Source: Eledone cirrhosa
Taxonomy: Eukaryota
Reading direction: 5' to 3'
DNA: 64,000 nucleotides
Assembly (NCBI GenBank): GCA_964016885.1
Contig: CAXHJY010000007.1
Span: forward strand, 1 to 64,000
The stretch's first letter is position 1. Each line of letters opens with the position of its first letter. Shown piece after piece: positions 55,820-64,000 of the stretch. A model generated the notes under the pieces. The model was not told where the DNA came from and searched no databases. It saw nothing but the letters and a program-made list of their open reading frames with translations. Both the position numbers and the translations under genes were made by a program.

Positions 55820-56480
55820 AAATGCTAAAGATTAAGGAGACTCCCATCATGCTTCATCATGTCTGATGTTTGGCAAATATTCAGTGAACAATTCCTCTCC
55901 ATCTTTCTCTATCCTTAAACCATATCCTCCAGCTCAATAAATTTGTTGCTGACCATTTTTGCACAATCAAGCCAAGTGATTCGTTAGTGGCCTACTCCTG
56001 TCTTCTCAGTCACTGCAGTAGTGACAAACCACTTCAAATCAATCTCTGCAGAACCACAATATATATGTTCATGATATTGCGATTATCATCTCCTAATGTC
56101 TTGTATTGCATTATCCAATCACATCTTTCAATATCCGGGGATAGCTCCTCATTTTAAAAGATACTATCTTTCTCATGGGCTATACATCACAACCATATCG
56201 GAATACCAACCACACATAAACTTTGAGTACCCTAATCTTTGTTAAAATATTGTGGTTATTCTGCATAAGGTGAGCACTCTACATTAATGCTTGCTTCACT
56301 ATATTCAATCAACATTGGACTTCCTCCAATATCACAATCATCAGCATGTAAGGAGGTTCCCATGCAGAGAAGTTTACACTTCAGGATTAAAAAGAAACTA
56401 TAGAGTAGAAAGAAATTATAGAGTAGCCAACACTTCACAGAGGACTAACATTTGCACTGTGCAAACATTGTGTAGAGAAT
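55820..56480 (-). pseudogene. Old RTE-clade LINE 3' fragment
   Basis: TKIRVLKVYVWLVFRYGCDV and ITWLD motifs. Confidence 0.55.
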
Positions 56481-57461
56481 ATCATTAAAGGGCAATACCC
56501 AAGAGCTGTTGATTAAATCTGCTACAGGTGCTGAACAAGGAATTGTAGTACTGTGTATAATATTTGAATGTTTGCTGGGTGAAGGATTGGCAGAATTTGT
56601 AGAGCCTTGGATAAAATACCATTGCAGTATTTGTTCTGGCTCTTAACATTCTGAGTTCAAATCCTGTTAGGACCAACTTTGATTTTCATCCTTCTGGGGC
56701 TAGTAAGATAAAGAATAGGTCTCTCAAGCTCAAGGACTAAAAAAAAACCATTATGTCATGGGGAAGAGACACAGCAAGCTAAAAGTGAGATGAGGGGGGG
56801 GGGGGGTGATTTCAATCTGTTATAATGCTAATCTGCATTACAGCTGATAGGCTGATATTTATTTTTTATCAATGACAGTAAGTGGGATATATGAATTAGT
56901 ACAAAATGTATTGGAACAAATTTTCCTTAATTCCATTTTTATTTTTGGTAAATTCCCTTTTTTCTGTTTTCACTTTTGAAAGGGGTCATTGTAGCATGAC
57001 AAAGGTCATTGTTTTTACTTCTTGTATACAAACTCCACACTACTTGACAAAAACACGATGAATGCCCAACTGACATACCAGCACAGGCACACATATAAAC
57101 ACCCCAATTAAAAAACAAAGGTACAAGCATGCACACACACACACATACGCACATGAATATATGTATATATACGCACACGAGTAGCCCTGCCTATGCACTC
57201 AAACACTTACATATGCCCACATACATGAAAACAAATAGGGTTGATGTTTATATATACTCATCATCTCACAAATCACAACAAACACTGTATGTTTTGTTGA
57301 ATTGCCAGTTTGAAGAGCAGATTGATAATTGAAGCCGGGTCCATAACATCTATGGGTAACCCTGAGCCAATCCTCTGCAAAACACACATAACAGTATAAA
57401 CAATAAAAAACTAACTACTCGTAAACAAAACTTTTATCTTTTTTCTTAATATATATATATT

Positions 57462-57748
57462 CCACCCACACCACCCTTTCTCTGTAAAGTTATGTTAGTA
57501 CTACAGAACATCCAGCCCACACTAAAGTCGTCGTGTAGGTGTCACGACAAAAAGCTCCCAGTCCTCACTGTAAATGTGGTTGGTGTTAGGAAGGGCATCC
57601 GGCCATAGAAGACCTGCTAGATACAGTTCTATACAAGCGAGACACGGTCACTCGACCAATCTTGCCTCAATTGGGACAATTCCCGTCTAACCCATGCTAG
57701 CGTGGAAGATAGACGTTAAACGATGATGATGATGATGAGGAGGATGAT
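57462..57748 (+). mobile_element. Isolated PHD-RTE 3' UTR/tail
   Basis: Matches 47220-47545, ends in (GAT)n. Confidence 0.8.
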
Positions 57749-57898
57749 ATATATATAGTAATAATAATAAATGTGAAGACTAAAATCCGAAGAGGGCTCG
57801 ATGATTTTTTTTAGTTTCAGAAAATCCTGTTAAGTGTGAAAGTAGTGATTCTTTGCTTAAATTTAATCTTTAATGTTATTTTTAAATATATATATATA

Positions 57899-59849
57899 TC
57901 ATCATCATCATCACCGTTTTATGTCCGTTCTTCCATGCTAGCATGGGTTAGACGGGTTGTCCTGTTGTGGGCAGTGTCTGGTCGGCCTTGCTCATACAGG
58001 AACTGATTTTGGCTTGATTTCTACAGCTGGATGCCCTTCCTAACACCAACCTCATTTACAGTGAGTGCTGGGTGCTTTTTTCTGTGGCGCCTACACGTTC
58101 ACTTTACAGTGTGGGCTGGGTGCTTTTTTGCCGTGGCACCTCCATGACCACTTTGCAGTGGGAGGGTGTGGGGGCATATTGTCTATATGCTTCAGTTTGT
58201 ACCCATGGGAGGTCGGGTACTCTGTATTACTGCGTGACACCAGAGGTCACGGTCGTGTGTCATCGCCTTTGAGAGGTGTAATTGGGTATGGTCGGCTTTT
58301 ATCACCTCATCCCAGGTCTTCTTGGGTCTTCCCACTCCGCGGTTTCCATTGACTTCTAGTGCTCTGCACCTTTTTATGCAGATGTCATCTTTCATACGCA
58401 TCACATGTCCATACCAACGCAAGGCCTCTCCTGCACACAGCATTCCTCTTATGCTCAGTCTCTCTCTCAATTCATTTATGCTTTGCCGTTCGCGTATATT
58501 ACTATTACACATCCATCGGAGCATGCAGGCTTCGTTTCTTTCTAATCTACGCAAGTCTTCTACAGACAGTGCCCAGGTCTCACTACCATGTAACATTGCT
58601 GTTCGGATACACGCATCATACAGTCTGCCTTTCATTTTGAGGGAGAAGCCTTTTGCAGCTAGCAGTGGCAGTAGTTCCCTGAACTTCTTCCATCCCGTTC
58701 TTACCCTAGTTATTGTACTTTCTGAACACCCACCTCCTCTGCTAATTCGGTCACCTAGGTAGCAGAAGCTGTCTACTGTTTCTACAGAGCCCTCTCAGAG
58801 ATTGGTGGTACTTGTTTCCTGTGGCTGTTTGCTGCTTGCTGTCCCAGCACAGCTGTTACATGTGAAGCCTACATTCTTAATTAAGCTTCCTGAGATCCCG
58901 CTACATCTCTTGTGTACCCATTGTTTGCATTTGGGGCAGAGAATGGAGTTCCTACATACTGAGCAAGGCCATTTCCCTGAGGGGATCTGGGTTCTGTTTT
59001 CTCGTCTACTTACAAGGACTTTAGTCTTTGTCATGTTGACTTTGAGACCCTTTCTTTCTAGTCCCTGCTTCCAAGTTTGGAATTTCTTCTCTAGTTCTAC
59101 CATAGATTCAGCTATAAGTGCAAGGTCATCTGCATACAGGAGTTCCCATGGGCATCCGGTCTTAAACTCCTCCGTTATTGCCTGCAGGACTATGATGAAC
59201 AGGAGAGGGCTAAGACACCAACCTGTACGCTAAATTCCTCGCTATACTCATTGCTAATCCTAACTTTGCTGACTGCTCCCCTATACATGGCTTGTACAGC
59301 TTTCACAAGCCATTCATCTACTCCTAGTTTTCTAAGAGCCCACCAGATTATAGCATGTGGAACTCTGTCAAAGGCTTTCTCGAGATCGATGAATGCCAGG
59401 TAGAGTGGCTTACTTTTAGCTAGGTACTTTTCCTGTAACTGCCTCACAAGAAGAGGGCATCAGTGGTGCCTCCTCCTGGTACAAACCCAAATTGCATCTC
59501 ATCTAGTTTCACCTGGTCCCTAATCAACTGTGCTATGACTCTTTCTGTTACTTTCATGACCTGGTCCATCAGTTTTATACCTCTATAGTTTCCTCTATCT
59601 AGTGCATCACCTTTACCTTTGTAGCAGTTGACAATGATGCTACTGCACCAATCTTTTGGTATGACACCTTCTAGTATTACCTGGTTAACAATACGTGTGG
59701 TTATAGTGTGACCTACAGACCCAGATGCCTTCAGCATCTCGGCAGCTATACCCGATGGACCAGTTGCCTCCCCCATCTTCATATCTTTGATTGCCTTACT
59801 TACTACGCTGCTGCTGACTTGTACTGCTGGCTCCTCTGTAGGGTCTATT
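57899..59849 (-). pseudogene. 5'-truncated PHD-RTE LINE copy
   Basis: RT, PHD (CSVC..CPKC..HKRC..CNSC), C-terminus and (GAT)n tail. Confidence 0.92.
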
Positions 59850-60509
59850 CGAAAGGTTGTGAGTTCAATTCTCAGACCGGGTGATGTGTTGTTTCCTTGA
59901 GCAAGACACTTTATTTCACATTGCCCCAGTTTACTCAGCTGTAGAAATGAGATGATAGGGACTGGGGTCCTTATCATTCCACTGCAAAGTGGTCGTGGAG
60001 GTGCCACGGCAAAAAAGCACCCAGCACTCACTGTAAATGAGGTTGGTGTTAGGAAGGGCATCCAGCTGTAGAAATCGAGCCAGAATCAGTTCCCGTCCCA
60101 CCCTTGCAAGCAGGGAAAAGCGGACGTAAAATGATGATGATGATGATATATATATATATATATACTCACACTGGTATCTACATGTCTATGGTAAGGCCAG
60201 AATTCAATTTAGTACAGGAGTAAAAATCCCAGCAAAATCAGGTGATGAGAGTTTTTTGTTTTTGTAGTTGGCTATCACCAAATTGGATTTTGTTACATAT
60301 TCAGATGAGTTACAGAGTCATATATATGTTGAACAAAAGGCGACGTTTAATGTTTAATTAGTTCATTGTTTTACAATCATTTCAGAAAGTTGATTGGCCA
60401 TAATAAATCGATATAGTGACTAATTGATAGTAGTTATGCTACTCCATATTATTAGTCTTCATATTATAGATTCCTCTCACCATCTTCATCAGAAAGATTT
60501 GTCAGACTG

Positions 60510-62160
60510 GGTGGTGGAATAGTGTGGTGGATGAGACAATTAAAGCCAATATTCAGGCATGTAAAGAATGGTAGAATAGGGGAAGCAGAGAACTCTACCA
60601 AAAAGCCAGTGGCAAGGAAGCAGAAAATACAATGTTTAAGTATGCTTTGTGACATGAGGACCAAAGACATGAAGTGATCAAGATTACAAGGCAGTGTGTT
60701 GGAAAATTGTGATATTGTTAAGAAGTGTGTTGATATGATAATGATGCATTTGCTGTCACCGACGCTGAAAAGAAAGTAGCATGGAGGTGCCATTATGAAA
60801 GACTGCTGAAGACAATAATGTATTGGAGGAAGATAGTCTGCCCCAAGTGGACCTAACAGAGGGACCAGCCATACAAATCAGCAGTACATAGTAAGTAAGG
60901 CAATTAAGGATATGAGGATAGGCAAAGTAACTGGACCATCGGGAATAGTTACTGAGATGGTGGGTCACAACGTAACCACCCATTTCGTAAACCAAGTAAT
61001 TCAGAATGGTGCTATACCCAATGATTAGCATAGCAGCAGCATTGTCAACTGCTACAAGGGCAAAGGAGATACACTAGACAGAGGAAATTATAGAGGCATC
61101 AAGTTGGTGGACCAGGTCATGAAGGTTACATAAACAGTTATCATACAGCTGGTTAGGGACCAAGTTAACCTAGATGAGATGTAATTTGGATTTGTGCCAG
61201 GTAAAAGTACTGCTGATGCTCTCTTCCTTTTGAGGCAACTGCAGGAGTACCTAGCTAAATATAAGCCCCTCTACTTGGCATTTGTTGACCTGGAGAAAGC
61301 ATTTGACAGAGTCCTCCATTCCATAATTCCATAATCTTGTGGGCTCTTAGAACTATGAGTAGATGAGTGGCTTGTGAGGACAGTGTAAGCAGTCAGCAAG
61401 GTTAGAATTAACAGTCATTATAGTCAGGAATTTACCCTGAGAGTAGGAGTCCATTGGGCTCTATTCTTAGTATTCTACTGTTTGTTATTGTCCTGCAGGT
61501 TATAACAGAAGAGGTTACAACTGACTGCCCATGGGAACTCCTATATGCTCATAGCCGAATCTATGGCAGAATTAGAGAAGAAATTCCAAATCTGGAAGCA
61601 TAGCTTAGAAGCAAGTCTTAAAGTCAACTTGTCAAAGACTAAAATCCTAGTAAGTAGAAAGGAAAACGGCCTTGGATCCTTCAGTGAAACAGCCTTACTC
61701 AATGTGCAGGAATGGAGTGAGTAAAAATTCCATCTCAAATGCAAACTATGTGTACACAAAAGATATGGGATCTCAGGCAGGCTAGCAAAGAACATAGGTT
61801 TATATGTGGCCAATGCTCAGGAGCAGTAAGCAGCCAGAGCTCACAGGAAACAAGCTCTATTAAATACCCAGAAGTATTTGATAGCCTCTGTTACCTTGGT
61901 GACAATGAGGACTCTTCAGTCATGCCAAAGACATGATATGATGCGCCCAGTACACTTTGTAAATTGGTTGGCATTGGGAAGGGCATTCAACCATAGAAAT
62001 CATCTCAAAAGAGTAGAGAGGATTCTTCAGTTGGATCAAAGACATGACGGCCTCCCTAGTTATAGTGCCATGATAAATTGCACCCAGTATAGCTTGTAAA
62101 GTGGTTGGTGTTTAGAAGGGTATTTAACTGTAGAAACCATGCAAGAAGTTTCTCAACCCA
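60510..62160 (+). pseudogene. Highly decayed PHD-RTE LINE copy
   Basis: CYKGKGD, DLEKAFD, CPWELLY motifs with many stops. Confidence 0.85.
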
Positions 62161-62639
62161 TCATGTAAGACAGTAGTCCCAATTAAATAACTGTAGAGAG
62201 AATGAAGATGGAAATGTTTTGATTTAAATCTACATGTCTGATGAGCAGATTGTTACAGGAGTCCGGGTTGTCATATTGATTCAGACCTCGAGCTGCTCAT
62301 CTGCAAAGCATGTTACATTTGATATGGAATAAAAACATTTTAAAGTGAAACTTCATTGTCTCATACATAATGTATACACTCTGCTGATTACAAATATATA
62401 ACACACTTTCTTTGGAATCATCCTGTTCAAGTAATATTATTGAGTACTTCTATGAGTTCAAATCCCGCCGAGGTTTACTTTGCCTTTCATCCTTACGGGG
62501 TCGATAAAATAAAGTACCAGTAATGCACTGGGTAATTGCTGGCCTTGTGCCAAAAGTAGAAACAATTATTGAGTACTTCTATTGATACCACCTAAAGTAA
62601 TCAACAAACATTACTGCTGCTGTACAGGTCTGAGACTTA

Positions 62640-63000
62640 GACACTGGCTAAGAAACTCACTCAGATAGTGGATGGGTGCTACACGAGGATACTGAGGATG
62701 ACTGAACATTAAACAGTATGCACTGAGGATGAAGAACTGTACAGGTGCCTCCCAAATGTCAGCTCAAAAGTGACACAGAGGAGACTGTAGTTAGCTTGAC
62801 ATGCTCACCAACATTCAGAATTGACACTGCACTGTGGAGCCCCTATACGGACACACTGGATGAGGAAGACTGAGGGTGACATATGTTGATGCCCTAAGGA
62901 CAGACACTGGTCTCTGGGAGACATGGGACTTTGCGGCGATAATGAAGGACATAAACCGTTGGAGAGAACTCATCAATGGATCTCAGGAATTTTATCCGCC
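62640..63000 (+). pseudogene. RTE-clade LINE extreme 3' fragment (different family)
   Basis: TYVDALRTDTGL..IMKDINRWRE. Confidence 0.55.
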
Positions 63001-63024
63001 TTAGATATATATATATATATATAT

Positions 63025-64000
63025 CGTCATCATCATCATTTTTATGTCCACTTTTCCATGCTTATATCGTTTAACATCATCGTTTAACATCATCGTTTAA
63101 CATCCATCTTCCACACTAGCATGGGTTAGACCGTTTTGTTCCATTTGATGCAAGAATGGTCAGGTCTCACTACCATGTAATATCGCCTTTCGTTTTTAGA
63201 GAAAAATCCCTTGTGGCCAACAGCGGTGTTAGCTCTTTGAACTTTTTCCATCCCGCTCTAACTCTAGCTACTACACTTTCAGAGCACCCTCCTCCACTGC
63301 TGATTTTGTCACCCAGGTAACGGAAAGTGTCTGCTATTTCTATAGAACCATCTAGGCAGTTGAAGGAGATAGCATCCAGTGGGTCCTTGCTACTTACAGC
63401 ACCTGAGCATCGGTCACATATAAAATCTACATTCTTAGATAGCTTACCTCTGATCCCACTACATCTTTTATGTACCCATAGTTTGCATTTGGGACATAGA
63501 ATGGAGTTTCTACCTACTCCTTTCTTACACACTGAGCATGGCCATTTTCCAGAGGGTACCTGTGCCCTATTCTCCTTTCTACATACTAGAACCTTAGTCT
63601 TAGACAAGTTGACTCTAAGGCCTTTTGATTCCATGTTTGGAACTTCTCTACTTCAGCCATGGATTCAGCTATGAGAGTTAGATCATCTGCATATAGAAGT
63701 TCCCATGGGCAGCCAGTCTTAAACCCTTCTGTTATAGCCTGTAGGACAATAATAAACAGGAGGGGGCTAAGGACAGAGCCTTGGTGAACCCCTACGCTAA
63801 ATTCATCTCTATATTCATTGTTAATTCTAACCTTGCTGACTGTTCCTCTATACATGGCTTGTATAGCTCTCACAAACCATTCTTCTACTCCTAGTTTTCT
63901 AAGAGCCCACCAGATTAAGGTACGTGCGACTCTGTCAAAAGCCTTCTCCAGGTCAACAAAAGCTAAGTAGAGGGGTTTACTGTTAGCTAGGTACTTCTCC
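63025..64000 (-). pseudogene. PHD-RTE LINE fragment running off the window edge, with a 3' deletion before the tail
   Basis: GVHQGSVLSPLLF, YADD, PHD finger, (GAT)n tail. Confidence 0.92.

Overview
AT-rich, repeat-saturated eukaryotic DNA, most likely an invertebrate; the SINE/LINE set suggests a coleoid cephalopod such as Octopus (inference). Most of the ORF track is microsatellite artefact or decayed transposon sequence. Supported content: (1) a 5-kb compound (AT)n microsatellite; (2) the last four coding exons of a + strand host gene (6719-17912), with GT-AG sites and matching phases, which the ORF track does not assemble; (3) a probable promoter and first coding exon of a second gene at about 54.1-54.45 kb; (4) a complete but decayed Gypsy LTR element with a 5-bp TSD, a complete non-autonomous LTR element with a tRNA-Trp PBS and 4-bp TSD, and a solo LTR of the latter family; (5) a Penelope-like (Naiad-type) element with an inverted pLTR, interrupted by a Chapaev3-type transposon and ending at a Merlin transposon; (6) a near-intact RTE LINE with a PHD finger inside ORF2, several relatives, and SINEs sharing its (GAT)n tail; (7) CRE, CR1 and other RTE remnants, Helitrons and a hAT MITE. 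The most notable hidden layer is at least 7 hammerhead-ribozyme folds (plus decayed copies) in small Penelope-type remnants, mostly beside microsatellites and several with non-canonical cores. There is also a modular family of palindromic elements, one carrying TTAGGG repeats in its loop. All calls were made by eye; no searches or folding programs were run.
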